A stretch of 64,000 nt of DNA, from NCBI GenBank assembly GCA_013239625.1, contig MU054323.1, forward strand, positions 6,003,220 to 6,067,219, read 5' to 3'. A program made the translations under genes and the position numbers. This stretch comes from Lama guanicoe. Taxonomy: Eukaryota. Below are positions 1 through 12,976 of the stretch, in pieces. The number at the start of each line of letters is the position of its first letter. Within the stretch, counting starts at the first letter, position 1. Below the pieces are notes generated by a model. It saw only the letters and a list, made by a program, of their open reading frames with translations, had not been told where the DNA came from and made no database searches.

Positions 1-1020
1 GACGGTCAGTGCAACCCCTGAGAAGAGTCGGTGCCTGAGCTGAGTCATAACAGACACACAGGACTTAGCCAGAGGAGGGGGGAGACAGTTCTGCCAAAGA
101 AGGAGCATGGGCTGGGCTTATCCCAGAGCCGAGAGAGGACACCGATGCCTTCAGAAACTGTCCTCTGGGCCACCCTTAGGATTCCGGACCATATTTCTGA
201 TGAATAGGATTTAAAGCAGAAGAGGAAAGGATGGTGACCAGATTTGTGCTTTAAAAAGCCATATGGGCAGTTGGTGAAGGATGGATTAGAAGGGTGAGGC
301 TGGGAACAGAGGACTGGTTGAGATAACCCATGAAGGAGACATGATTTGGAGTGGATGTGCAGATGGAAGTGGGGGCAGGTTTGAGAAACAACTAGAGCAG
401 TGACTCAAAGACCCCCCTGTGGGCCATGGGGCTGGATTGAGGACATGCGGGTGGCATTCTCTGAGAGAGGGAGTTCCTGAGAATGCGCTGGAGCAAAAGA
501 GCAATGGTTAGTTTAGGGACATATAATATTTAGGTACTTTTCAGGCAGTAGGATGGTGGGCGTGGCGTTGAGGAAGGGGGAACTGGAAATGGAGCCTCGG
601 GAGTCATCACTAAAGAGGTGGAGCTGAATGAGGTCGTCCAGGGAGAGCGTGTGGGGTGAGAAAAGAAGAGGAGGAAAGAGGGGCTCTCAAGGATGAGCCA
701 AGAAAGATCATCTTGCAAAGCAGACTGAGATGGTGTAGCAGAGAGAGGTTGAAAAGTGAAAGCGTGATGTCACAGAAACCGAGGGAGGAGCTTTCCAGAG
801 TGAACTCAACCAAACCAAGTCGGGGGAAGTCAGGGTAGGCTCGGGAGTAAATGTCCCACTGGCTTGAGCAAGCAGATCGTTCTTGACCTCCGTGAGAGTG
901 ACCCCTGAGGGCTGGCTGGAGTGAGAGCCACAGGGGAGCGGGTTACCACGTGAGCAGGAGGAGGGACAGTGACCAGAGGCAAGCGGGGACAATTCTCCCA
1001 AGAACTTCAGTTGGAAAAGT
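1..1020 (-). mobile_element. Degenerate LINE-2 (L2) fragment
   Basis: Purine-rich antisense L2-like motifs: AGATTTGTGCTTTAAAAAG, GGAGTCATCA, GTGATGTCACAGAAACCGAGGGAGGAG, TGTCCCACTGGCTT...TTGACCT. Confidence 0.65.
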
Positions 1021-2334
1021 TTGTGAGGGTGATCAAAAGGGAGTTCATTTTTATTTTCATGATGTTAATATTGAATAGATAAAAATAATTTTGTGGCATT
1101 GTGTAAGCCGTGAAGTGTAGTGATAAAATAAACAGTGAGCCCACCATCCAACTTAAGAGGTGCAGTCAGCTCTGCTTCCGGTGGGCCTGCGGGTTGGGCT
1201 CAGGTCTGCTCCAGATGCTCAGTAGAGGGGACAGTGTCAAAGGAGGGGACAATGGCTGTCAGGGCCCTGCCAGCCACAACCTGGGTTGGGTTGGCCCAGG
1301 CTCTGGCTCTGTGGTCCTGGAAGTTGGCAACTAGGTCTGGATGTGCAAAGACCAGAGTAGAATCAGGCTTCATAGAAAGTTTAAAAATAAAGTGGTCTGT
1401 CTGTTCACTAGCCAGGAATTCCAGAGCCCACCCCGCCGCCCTGGACTGAGCTGGACTGGCAGGATGGGAAAATGAGCCAGGACCCGTCCCTGACCTCCAA
1501 GAGCTCACACCCCAGACAGCGCATGCGTGGGGAATGGAAACGTGTCAAAGAGAACCACACCGTGCCTGAGCCAGGGGCAGGGCTGGGGATGTGGTGGGCA
1601 AGCAGACTCCACCCTAACCCGCCCGTCGGTGCCTTGGCACTGCCTTTTCTCTCCCCTCTGCCTCTGCCTTGCTGTGGCCTCTCAGACTGAGACAGCCTCT
1701 CCTGTATCTTTACCTCCTTCCTGACTGAGGGTGGCTGGCAGGGAGCCAGACAAGTCATTGTCGTGCTGAGCAAAATGCGATCCTTGGTGATGCAGGAGGC
1801 CCTCAGAGTATCTGGTGTGTCTAGGTCCCCATGACAACACTGAGGGCCTTATGTTTGGATATTCAGGAGTGTTGTGTGGGAGATGGTCTGGTTAACAGAA
1901 GCCAGGGAGCACCGGGGACTCTGGCGCCATCCACTGAGTTGTAGGTGACAAAAGAGAACTCTTCACTCCCGGAGGCTTAACACCTTCTCAGACTTGAGTC
2001 TTGCATTGAGCTACAGTCTGGAGGCCGGAGATCCTGGCCACTTTCTCACCTTCCAGTTCCCTGACCTCAAGGGAATCACTTATTCTCAATGAGCTCTCTG
2101 GTCCGTAAAGGGGCGGTGGGGGGGGGGTCTTGCCAACTCACAGCTACTCTAAGGATCAAATGAGATCTATGTCAAGGGCCTAGTCCACCACAAAGTGAGC
2201 CTACAGACGTCGATGCTCTCGCCTCATCACAGGGCTGAGCTGTTTGCACAGTGGGGATGGAGGGGTGAAACCCCAGTTGTAACTGAAAGGCACACACCTG
2301 CATCGTCCAGGACAAGGTGATGCAGCAGAACGAA

Positions 2335-2528
2335 AAGCGTTACTCTAAACTGTGAGTGGGTTCAAATCTCATTGACTACACTTTTGCCATGTGATCCTGG
2401 ACAAATCATTTATTCCTCGTCTGTGATGGGGGCTAATGATCCATGCTTTGTGGGCTTGCTGTGAATATGAAATGAGCTCATGTTCGAGAGCCCTTTTATG
2501 CACACAGAGAAGGCGCTTAATAGATGCT
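2335..2528 (+). mobile_element. MIR SINE fragment
   Basis: GGGTTCAAATC...TGTGATCCTGGACAAATCATT...GCTGTGAATATGAAATGAG...GCGCTTAATAGATG core and tail. Confidence 0.6.
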
Positions 2529-2579
2529 GGCGGCCGTTGCTGTCCTCCTCGCATGCCTGCAGGGCTGCCGCTTGTCTAA

Positions 2580-3077
<498 letters not shown>

Positions 3078-3805
3078 TAAAGTTGGCATGGTTTTATGTT
3101 CCATAGTGCCTCTCTCTGTGACTAACTAGTACAAAGATGCAGATGCCGTGCATTGTCCTACTATGCTGATTAAAGGCATTTCATCAGCGAAATGACAGTG
3201 AGACTCCAAGTTGGCAGTACAGGTTGCCTAAACAGGTGACTGTGGACCAGGCAAGTCCCCATGGGGGCACTCGTGACTTGGGTTTGCAAGAAGATACTGA
3301 TCAGCAGTAAGTCCTAAGTGGTCATAAATCTGCTACTTATAACCACTATTACTACTAAGAATGCTCACGTCCCCGTCTCCTCCAAGCCTCAGACAGCCCT
3401 GACACCAGTACTTGTCACCCGCTTTACAGTTGATGACACGGCGGCCCGGGAGTCTGTGGGAGGAGGTCCCAGTAGGATCCCCTCGGGGACCCAGGCCTCA
3501 GGGGTGTTAGTTTCAGGTCATTCACCATCTTCTGGAAGTAGCTCCAGCCTCGGGAACGAAAGCAGAGAGCAGGCTGTGTTACCAGCTGCGACATGGAAAT
3601 GAAAATGTCTCCAAGGCTCTTGCCTGGCTTCGGGCCGAGCTGGTCCCCGCCAGGCTGCTCGAAGCCCCTCGAGGGACGGGGCCCAGGCCGGTGGCAGGAA
3701 GCCCATTCATTGCCATCCTGTCTCCTGGGCAAGCAGGGGCTCTGCAGGCCACCTTTGCCTCTGCCAGCCATTCAGAGCCGCCTCCCAGAAACCCTCTCAG
3801 GGCGG

Positions 3806-3836
3806 CGTGCGTGCGTGCGTGTGTGTGTGCGCGTGT
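3806..3836. repeat. (CGTG)n/(TG)n alternating purine-pyrimidine tract
   Basis: CGTGCGTGCGTGCGTGTGTGTGTGCGCGTGT read directly. Confidence 0.9.
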
Positions 3837-5218
3837 CTAGTCTTTTCTTTCCTGCTTTCATAAAAGTTGCCAGAGAAGTTAAAGGCGGGGGAGCCCCGGC
3901 CCCAGCCATTGTGAGGTGGCGGTGATGTTGGAAAGTCGCGCTCCAGGTGTGCTGCGCCTTTGTCTCCGTGATTTTCAAAACTCCCTTTCAGCCCTGCTTC
4001 CCATTAATAACTGTGAGTGCTGCCGGCGCAGAGCCTGGCGGAGGCCCGAGACAATGGAGCTATTGGAGGCCAGCTCGCAGCACACTGACATCTTCTGCAG
4101 TGCCTTATTGATTTTATTTTCCTGTTATGAAAACACCACCCCCACTGAGGTGGGGAGGGAAGGAATGTTGGGCGGGGGAGAGGAGATGGAGGATTATTTG
4201 GGCACGATGCCCCCAGACCAGCCAAACACATTCCTCCCCAGGCGCCAGCCCCCAGGACTGCTCCAATGCAGTGACCTCTGCCCAGTGGACCCAGCCAGTG
4301 ACCCTTCTGGCTGCCCCGCCGGCCACATCTGGCAGCCACTCAGCAAGGCCAGCCGTTGGCCATCTGGGGAATGGCATCTTCGGGAGCTGACTGCTGGGGG
4401 GCTCCAGGTGAGGGGAGAGGAGCTGGACCAGGGAGTCCACTTGATGGTTTCTGCCCTCTCAGGGATGTTTTAGGGACAGCGTCAGGCTGCGCCTCAGGGC
4501 AGGGGTTTGGACTCCTCCGAGCAAGGGAAATGGAGCGTCCTCGTGGTGAGGGCTCGCCCTGCTCACACAGCTCCTGCTTTGCTTCCCGGCAGCTTGATAG
4601 TCACCATCTCTAACTGGCTGGACCCCAAACCACAGCACATAGGAGGAAAGGAAACTGGCCTCAGACAAAAAACAACAGCTGGGCAAGAACTGAGCGGGGC
4701 GGCTGGGAGGGGAGAGGGGGCGAAAGTTCATGCCTGTGAGGACAGCCAGCTCCTTGGCATGTCTCTCTCCAGAACCATCTCCAGCCCAGTTTCATACCTG
4801 TAAGGGCTTGTCTAGTCAAACAAAAGTGCCTGATCACACCCTGGATTCTTTGGGGTGCTCAGGAGAACTGAGTGTGTGTGTGGCGAGGGAGGACGGCAGC
4901 CATCAGTGGCTTCTGTCCAGGGCACTGTGATTGAACTTGGGCGGTGGTGCTTTTCTGTCCTTCTGACCTAGCTGCCAACCTCCCAGAAGCCTGTCCCCCA
5001 GCCTCCTTGTCTAACCCATGCCAGGACCACATCAACTGACAGGCAGGCTGAACTGAGGGATCTACGGTTTCCCTGGTCAACTAGCTGCGTCTTCACTGAG
5101 CAGCCAAGGGCTGGCTCTTGCCCTCCGGGAGCTCCCGGGCCAGGATATAACTAATTTGTGGCCTGGATGGTGTGACCAAATGACCTGAGAATGTCTCTCC
5201 CATTGAGGTTGTTGGCAG

Positions 5219-5475
5219 AGGCAGCTTGGTGGAGTAGATGAAGACAGATTTTGGAGCCAGACTGCCTGGATTTGAATTCCACTCTATCACATGCTTGCTG
5301 GGGGACCTTGGACAAGTTACCTAACCTCTCTGGGCCTCACTTTGGAAAAAAAATAGGAATAGGTAGTAGTGCCTGCCTGTCAGAGTTGTTGGGAGGATTA
5401 TATGAGCTAAAACACGTATAAAGTGCTCAGAGCTGAGCCCAGGACACAGAAGTCCTATACAGGTGCTATTGTCAC
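5219..5475 (+). mobile_element. MIR SINE, near full length
   Basis: TTTGGAGCCAGACTGCCTGGATTTGAATTCC...GACCTTGGACAAGTTACCTAACCTCTCTGGGCCTCA...GTTGTTGGGAGGATTATATGAG. Confidence 0.8.
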
Positions 5476-6436
5476 CACCACGGTCACTGTCACCCAGGTG
5501 AGGCCTATGGGACGAGGCCGTGCCCCTGTAAGGGAAGGTGGTCATTTCTAGCCTCACCAAGAGGGAAAGGAAAGGCTTCAGATAAGAAACAGGAGCTGGG
5601 CGCCAAGCAGGCAGGGAAAGGAAATGGGTTTGTGAGTGGTGAGGTCTCAGGTTGACTTGTGACATGACCAGGGTGACATGGCAGCAGGACGGGCTGGAGG
5701 GACAAGGGCATCTAGCCTGCCTCAAACTGAGACAGAGTCAATACCACCTGGTAAGCCAGGTGATGGAGGGAGCTTAGAGCTTTGCTCAGCCATGGGGCCC
5801 TTTCCTTGAAGAAAGCCCAGTGTGCGCACAGGGCCGAGGCCCTCTCTGTGGACGGTGGGGGAGGCGGGAGCTGTTCCCCTCCGTGTGCGACCTGCTGCCC
5901 TGAGTGGTAAAGGCTGCTTGAATGTTTTGGCTTGGCCTCCTCCGTGAAGGGTTTAGGGCCACGGGTGAGCCAGATCCACCCCTGAGGACTCAGAGAAAGG
6001 TCCCCAGCATGGTGACAAGTGTCAGCACTGTCAGGCCTGTGCATCCCCAGTGGGCTGGGCACGGAGCAGGGTGAGCATCACATGCACTGGCGGCTGTGGG
6101 CCTGGGGCGCCCCAGGCCGTCACCACTAATATAAGGACGGCCTGCCTCTTCACCTCTCCTGCCCGCGGGCTCCTGCCCGGTGCTGGGGCTGCTTCTGCCA
6201 AGCCCTGGGGGACAGTCCCAGCTCTCCAGGGTGAGGGAAGGCTGGCTAGGCTCCCAGCGGCTGACTAGGGAGGTGATGACAATTCTTTCCGTCACTGCTG
6301 CCTTCAGGCCTAAGTTGGTTTTTTCAGTTTCTGCCTTTTTCCATGACCTGAGGATTTCTTACATGTTTTTGATGAAAGGCCACACAGCCAACTAGACAAG
6401 CCTCCCGGGCCACTGAGGCATGGGGGGCCTAGCCAG

Positions 6437-6472
6437 ACACACAAACACACACACACACACTCACACTCACTC
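6437..6472. repeat. Imperfect (CA)n microsatellite
   Basis: ACACACAAACACACACACACACACTCACACTCAC. Confidence 0.85.
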
Positions 6473-6869
6473 ATTTCCCAGACCATTAAACTGCTTCCCT
6501 GGGGCCAAGATCAGCTCTTGAACCTCTAGGACACAGAGCCCAGGAGAAGTAGAGTAACCATGCCACCCAGCCTCTATTTGGTAGATCAGAAGAGTGAGAC
6601 TTGGAGAAAACAGACTTACAGAGGTCACCTAGTGAGGGAGAAACAGAATGGGCCTGAGCTGGCTCCTTTCTCCACCCAGGCTGCCTGGCACCAGGCATTC
6701 ACCATGGTAACCATCACTACAGCACTGTTATGGTAACTCTCCCCGTCCTCTCACCCACCTAGCTGACAGCAAACACTGAATTTTGGCAAGGAAATGGGTA
6801 TATTTACCTCATGTGTTATAGACGGAAAAATTTAGGCCAAAGATTATGTCTACTAAACATTGCACAGCT

Positions 6870-7085
6870 GGTGAGAACTTCAGGCTCTTGAGTCAGACAG
6901 AACTGGGTTTGAATCTTCTGCCACATAGGAGCTGAGTACGTCTCTAAGCCTCGATTTCTTTGTCTATAAAATGGGAATGATAATAGTATGTTTCTCATGG
7001 AGGTATGTGAGGATCGGTTAAATCAATACGTGTAGAAAAGCACAGAATAGTACCCTGCCGCTTGTCAAGCGCTCAATAAGAGTTA
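6870..7085 (+). mobile_element. MIR SINE
   Basis: GAGTCAGACAGAACTGGGTTTGAATC...GCCTCGATTTCTTTGTCTATAAAATGGGAATGATAATAGTA...GCGCTCAATAA. Confidence 0.8.
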
Positions 7086-8526
7086 ATTTTAAAAAGGTAA
7101 ATCAGAGGTGGGTCCAACCAAGTATTCATACATTTGAGAGGAGACCAAGCCCCCTGTTGGTTGGAGCTAGTAGGCTGGAGAGGGGCTTATTGGACCATCC
7201 CCTCCGCTGACTGATGAGGCAGGAGGTAAAGCTGAAAGCTGGAAGGGCACCCCTTTTCCCCCCAGCCCCACCTGCACTCTGGGCTCCAGGCAGTCAGAGC
7301 CCCGGGGGGGCTGCTCTGCTGCTGAGAAGCAGAAATGCGACTTGGCGGCCAGGCTTGTTTATGGGCTGGAAAGGAAACACCGCTGCCCTGCAGTTGCTGC
7401 TGCATGAAATTTAAATTATTCTCAGCAAACCTGCTTGACAGATGAAACAGAAAAGGGACGGCTTCATAAAATGCAATTTTGTTCTTGAAAGAATGGACTT
7501 TGCAGAATCCTCGCTGATGTCTGTGAAATGTATTGGGGGCTTTTTCTCCTCGTGGTCAGAAGCACTCATGCTGAAACATTCCCATCGTTCCTCGGCGCTA
7601 AGCCCTTGAAAATAAATCTGGGCTGGGAAGAGAGAAACTTAGCCTGTGTCACAGGTCCAAGGAAAACCGAAAGGGGCCATGGGATCTGCAGGCTCCATCC
7701 TCACAGCACCAAACACTCAGATATTTGACATTTATGAGCCTCTGGGGCTTTCATGGGGGATGTCTGTCATCATAGAGACAACCTCAGAGACAACGTCTTC
7801 CTCCTGCACCCTAAATTCTTTGAAGAAATGCTCCTCTGGGAGGAGAGGAGCTGGGGTTTCCATGGGGGATCGTGTGAATGACCACAGGGCCCCATGCAGC
7901 GCCCCCACTCCTGTGGTTCTGGGGTCCACGAATGGATAAAGGCGGCTTTTGCACAGTTACAGAATGAGAGGCAGACCTCTCTTTCCTCCTGTGCTCACGT
8001 TGAAAACCAAAGGCTACTGAGTGGGCTCGGTTGGGGGAATCGCTCAAGCCCCTGTTCGTGGTGCATTTCCAGACTGTGCGTGATTTCTCTCCAGAAGGCT
8101 GTTTCTTGCTCCATGAATGAGAATTTGTGATCTCCCTCGTGATACATTATCAGGCGCTGAAAATGCATCACGAGACGACCTGTGTGTGTTCGTGCCGAGA
8201 TAATGGGTTTCGCCTGCACGTTAAGTGGCCGCCACATTTTGGGTTGTATCTTCATTGAGTCCAAACCCACCCATCAGTCACAAAGTGTGCGCAAAAGTGA
8301 AAAATGTCATGACTTCCCCGGTATCCATTTTCAAAGCCTACGGTTTGGGGAGGGTAGACCTGAGTGGCTTGATTTCTTAAATTTCTGATTAAGGGGACAA
8401 AGAGAGAGGAGAAAGTTATCTATTTTCTCATATTTGTAAGGGCTGAGACAGAGTCCGGATAACAGGCAGCTGGGGATTCCAAGGGAAGGTTCTCAGAAGA
8501 TGTGCTTGGCTGGGGCCGGTTGTTTA

Positions 8527-9050
8527 TATAAGTTAGCTTTTGCGGGGTAACATTCATCCCAAAACTGAGTGGTGTAAAACTATCCTGGTTCTGTGGGTTG
8601 GTTGTCAGTTCTGGGTGGCGCTGGGCTGGCGGAGCTGATCTCTGCTGGGCTGTCTCCTTTGTGGTCAGCTGCGTGGTGGCTGGGGGCTGGTGGCTCATCT
8701 GGGATGGCCTCGCTTACACACCTGTGTGTAGCGGCCGTCGGCCAAGGCGTCTCAGTGCTTCGTGTGACCTGTCATCCTCTCTCCAGCTATCGCAGCGGTG
8801 TTCACTTGAGGGTCTCAGGCTTCCAGGGGCAGCAAGGGGGCAAGGCTCGGTCACATGTGCTTTTCTAACCTCCGCTTGAGGCCCATTTGCTTAAATCCTC
8901 TTGGTTAAAATCCTCTTGGCCAAAGCAGTCACACAGCCAAGCCAGATTCAAAGAAACCCTGCCTCTTACTAGGAGGTGCTACAACACCCCACTGCAAAAG
9001 GGCAGGCAGGTGGGGATGGGAAGCATTTGAGATCATTTTTGCAATATACC
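8527..9050 (-). mobile_element. MaLR solo LTR (MLT1F/G/H-like)
   Basis: TTAGCTTTTGCGGGGTAACA...CCCAAAACTGAGTGG start, and TTGGCCAAAGCAGTCACACAGCCAAGCCAGATTCAA...CATTTTTGCAATATACC end, typical of antisense MLT1. Confidence 0.7.
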
Positions 9051-9860
9051 CCCTCTCCCCAACAGCGTTGCCAGCACACTTGCTTAAACACAGTTATTCA
9101 CCCTCTAGTTTCCAGCCAAGGCTCACATGCCTCAAACAGAAAGAACAGGATCAATCTGCTCCTCTCCTCTGTGTGGCCTGGTGAACAGAATCAACCTGGG
9201 ACACTCGTGACTTACACACACCTGGGTGACACACATCAGCCACACCAGGGGCTGCCTAGGGAGGCCTGAAAGGAGACAGTGGTGAGGAAGGTGTTACATC
9301 TGGCCCCCAGGGAACCTCGCAAGATGCATTTAGCTTGAGAATCCACCCCTGGCCAGGACTTGGACCTCAGTCCTGAAGGCTCCAACACTGATCCCATCAC
9401 TGCCCCAGAGTCGGTGGGACTGGGGCACCGCTGTTCCCGGGACACTCACAAGGACAGAGGCTAACCTACCGATTCAAAATCGAAAAATCCACCCCAAGGA
9501 AACCACTTTCACGGACTTTGCCCAGTGAATCTCTCCCTGTGAGAATCCACGTAGGAAAACAAATTTTGACCAGAAGACTTTCTGATGAGCCTAAAATCAG
9601 GAAGGGAGCCAGTGACATGATGCAAATATTCAGTAGCTGCCGATCGGACAGCGTCACGGCTCTTTCTCCCTAATAGGATAAATCTCGTGCAGTTCCCAAA
9701 AAAGCCCTTGGAAAAGGCCTCTCCTTAAATTAAATTAGGTTTTCTGCAAACAGCATCATTCCAGATGAACATAAATCTACTTATTCAGTTTTAATGGTTT
9801 TCCCTCTTTCATTTAATTACTCATGTTGCAATTGAACAATTTTTTTTTCATTGCAGAAGG

Positions 9861-10032
9861 ACAGTATTTTAGCTACATTATGGGTTAAATAGGCTTTGGA
9901 GAACTAGCCTGGGAATCTCATCACCATTTATAACATTGTTTTTTTATAAGGAAAGTATGTTCCGAAATCTAAACAGCCAAATTACAAATGAACTTTCAGA
10001 ACCCAACCCATTTGTTAACTGGAAACTGTCTG
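9861..10032 (-). mobile_element. TcMar-Tigger DNA transposon terminal fragment (Tigger15-like)
   Basis: Reverse complement reads TA-CAGACAGTTTCCAGTTAACAAATGGGTT...AAAGTTCATTTGTAA...AAACAATGTTATAAATGGTG...AAAGCCTATTTAACCC: a Tigger-like terminus next to a TA site. Confidence 0.6.
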
Positions 10033-11108
10033 TAACGCTAAAAATAACTCAGGGAAATAAACATAAAAAGGAGAGTTGAATGCCCCTCGGTGTCATTTGT
10101 TCACCATCAGCTCCTACAGATCTAGTTTCATTTCAGTGAGGAAGAGTTCCTGCAAACCCAGACTGGCCCTATCCCTGTTTTACTCACTGTTGTGACACAG
10201 GCAGCCAAATTGGCTTGAGTCCTCCCAAAGCATAATGCCACGGAGAAGCGTCATTGTGAAGTCCCTGCAGAGCGAGGCTGATGTAACGTAGCAGATTATC
10301 CATCAGTTTCAACACCGCATTTGAGGCCCTAAAATGAAGGTTTAGGAGAGCTGTCTGTGCAGCTCTGCTGCAGTGTCCACTAGTCAGGACGTATTCATTT
10401 GCATTGGAATCTGCATCTATAGAACCCGGAGGCAGGGAGCCTCATTTTCCCTCTGGGAAATAAAGGGCCGGGAGAATTCAGCACAGCATCAGTATGCATT
10501 CAGACGCAGGCCACACGCCTCTCCTATGGATGGGGTAGGGGTCCTGCTTTCCCAGCCACCCCTCTCCTGCTGTTTCATGGAGGAGATGGGCGAACACTTT
10601 GGACCCTCTGGCTCCATGACAGGAGTCCTGGGAACTGGGAAGAAAGCAAGGTGCACACCGGGATCGCAGAAGGCCAGTCATCAGAACCTCCCTCCCTCGA
10701 CTTAAATCCCTGGCTGATGTCCTTAAGGAAAATGCTCTTCTGTTGCCACACGAGGCCCTTCCTCCAGTCCTGCTCCTGAGGCCCAGGCAACTCAGTTCAG
10801 CTTGCTGTCCTCTTTTGTTCCTAGAGGACCAAGTGTCTCCCCATGCCCCTCCCTGGGCTGCCAGCAACTATAGTGCTCCGTGCTCTGCCCAGCTCAGCGC
10901 CAGACTGGCATTGAACGTGATCCAGATTCGTGACCTACTCCTTAAAGAATTCCTTCCTCAGGTGAGATGTGGCCCGAAAGCCGGCAGGCCAAGGGGTAGG
11001 GGGCAGGAATAGGGAGGTAGAATGGCCAAGCCTGCAGGTGGGTCAGGCGCTCTCACTGTGCAGATGCCAGAGAACTACACCAGGCCTGACAAAGCAACCT
11101 TGGAGGTC

Positions 11109-11590
11109 TGTGGTGGGTGTTGCTGGCAATCTGCCCAGCCTCCATTCTGTTCAGGTATCCATCACCTCCTATGCTTTGGGAAAAATGAACCCTAGTCCCT
11201 GCTAGGATTATGATGGTTCAAAATCAGGTGTGGTAATACCATTCGCCTTACCCAACATTGGTTTAGGAAGAGTCATGGACCCAGTTCTGGCCAGTGGAAC
11301 ATGAGAGTAATCCTATCTGGGGGCTTTGGGAAAGGTTTCCTTGCTTCTAAGGAAGAGTCACAAGTAAAAGGAAATCCTTCTTCCTCTGGACATTGTAGTG
11401 TCTGGACGTGATGCCTTGAGCCGCTATAACCATCATGCTACAAGACTGTGGATGAAGCCAACACATGAGGCATAGAAAAAATAAGAGAATTTCGGAAATA
11501 TGGAACCGGCACCCTAATGCTGCATCCCTGCCTACCTCTGGGCTTTTGTTACCTGAGCTAACACATTTGCTGGTTGTATAAAAAAAATTT
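11109..11590 (+). mobile_element. MaLR solo LTR (MLT1I/J-like)
   Basis: CCCAGTTCTGGCCAGTGGAACATGAG...GGGGCTTTGGGAAAGGTTTCCTT...GGACGTGATGCCTTGAGC...CCTACCTCTGGGCTTTTGTTA. Confidence 0.7.
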
Positions 11591-11889
11591 TTTTTTAAAC
11601 TGCCTCCATTGGCACACTGGCTCCCAAGCGACAGTGAGGATGTCTTCTCCATCTCCCAGACCTCACCTGGCACACTGGCTTACTGAAAATGGCTGCATTG
11701 GCCTTTGTGAGTATCCTCTACCTGTTACTCATTTATTTCAGCACTCGCTGCTGTCTACAGGGATTCTGCTATCTGCCGCTTCCCTGAATGCCAACACTAG
11801 GGCATTGCTTACAGCCACCGCACTTCCTGGGGCCATGTTTCTGTCTGAGGGAAATCCAGGCATCCCTGGACTAAGGGGGAAACCCCAGG

Positions 11890-12060
11890 CTGGGGTCAGG
11901 ATATGGGGTTCAAGGCCCACATCCACATTTCACTGGGCTGAGCAACCTCTAGGCAGGGCACTTAAGCTCTCCAAGACTCAGTTTCCTTACCTAAAATCTG
12001 GACACAACAGTGCCCACTTCACTGGGCTCTTGTGAGGTCCACATGAAATAGGAAGGCAGA
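11890..12060 (+). mobile_element. MIR SINE fragment
   Basis: GGGTTCAAGGCCC...CACTTAAGCTCTCCAAGACTCAGTTTCCTTACCTAAAA...TTGTGAGG. Confidence 0.6.
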
Positions 12061-12085
12061 AGAGCTTTATGAAAATAAATGCCCT

Positions 12086-12327
12086 AATTCATAGAGACAG
12101 AAAGTAGATTGGAGGTTACCAGGGGCTGAGTGAAAGGAGGATGGGGAGTTGCTGTTTAATGGATAGAGTTTCTGTTTGGGGCCATGAAAAAATATTGGAA
12201 GAGTGGTGACAGTTGCATGGCATTGTGAATGTAATGAATGCCACCGAACATACACTTAAAAATGGGGGAAATGGCAAATTTCATGTCATATATATATATA
12301 TGACCACAATGAAAAATATTTTTCAAT
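12086..12327 (+). mobile_element. 5'-truncated L1 3' end (L1MB-like) with target-site duplication
   Basis: AATTCATAGAGACAGAAAGTAGATTGGAGGTTACCAGGGGCTG...TTGTGAATGTAATGAATGCCAC...CACTTAAAAATGG. Flanked by AAATAAATGCCCT (12073-12085) and AAACAAATGCCCT (12328-12340). Confidence 0.85.
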
Positions 12328-12941
12328 AAACAAATGCCCTGCTATCAAAAGACAGAAGGGAAATATCAGTGTAAAAACAGGGAGTGGTTCCTGACTCACC
12401 AAGGAATTTCCTTCATTAAGAGCAATGGGAGTGCCAATCACAGTGGCTAGAATGGAGGCCAATCAAATGATGGCACTTAACACAGACCTACCTGGGCTTG
12501 ATTGAAATGTGGGGCAGAACCCCAGGGAATGGGCGGGTGGCCCAGCCCCCAGGAGGGCGGCTTTGGTGTCACTGAGGAGTCCCTGTCCTGACTCACACGG
12601 GAGTCCCGTGGCCCTGGGAAGATGCTCAGCTCCACCACCTGCAGGAGGTTACTGCCAAGCACAGTGGGAGGGCCAGGCCCCGGAGAAGGAAGGTCCTAGG
12701 AGATGCTGGAGCCATTGGAGGGTGTGTTTGTGTTCATTTTCTCTAGCACCCCAAGAGCTGGGACTGCGAATGAGGCCTCAGCTATGCTGTGCTCGGCAGC
12801 AGTTATAAATCTCGCCAGCATCCAGGGTGCTTCCCAAGCTACACACACTGTGCACTTTCACCTCACACACCCAGAAGCCATCCTACGAAGCAACTCAGGG
12901 CTGCTGGCCAGCCAGGGCCCTAGCTGTCTCCTGGGGTTGCT

Positions 12942-12976
12942 GCCACCGCCACCGCCACCGCCACCACCATCACCAC
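12942..12976. repeat. (CCR)n trinucleotide repeat
   Basis: GCCACCGCCACCGCCACCGCCACCACCATCACCAC. Confidence 0.85.
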
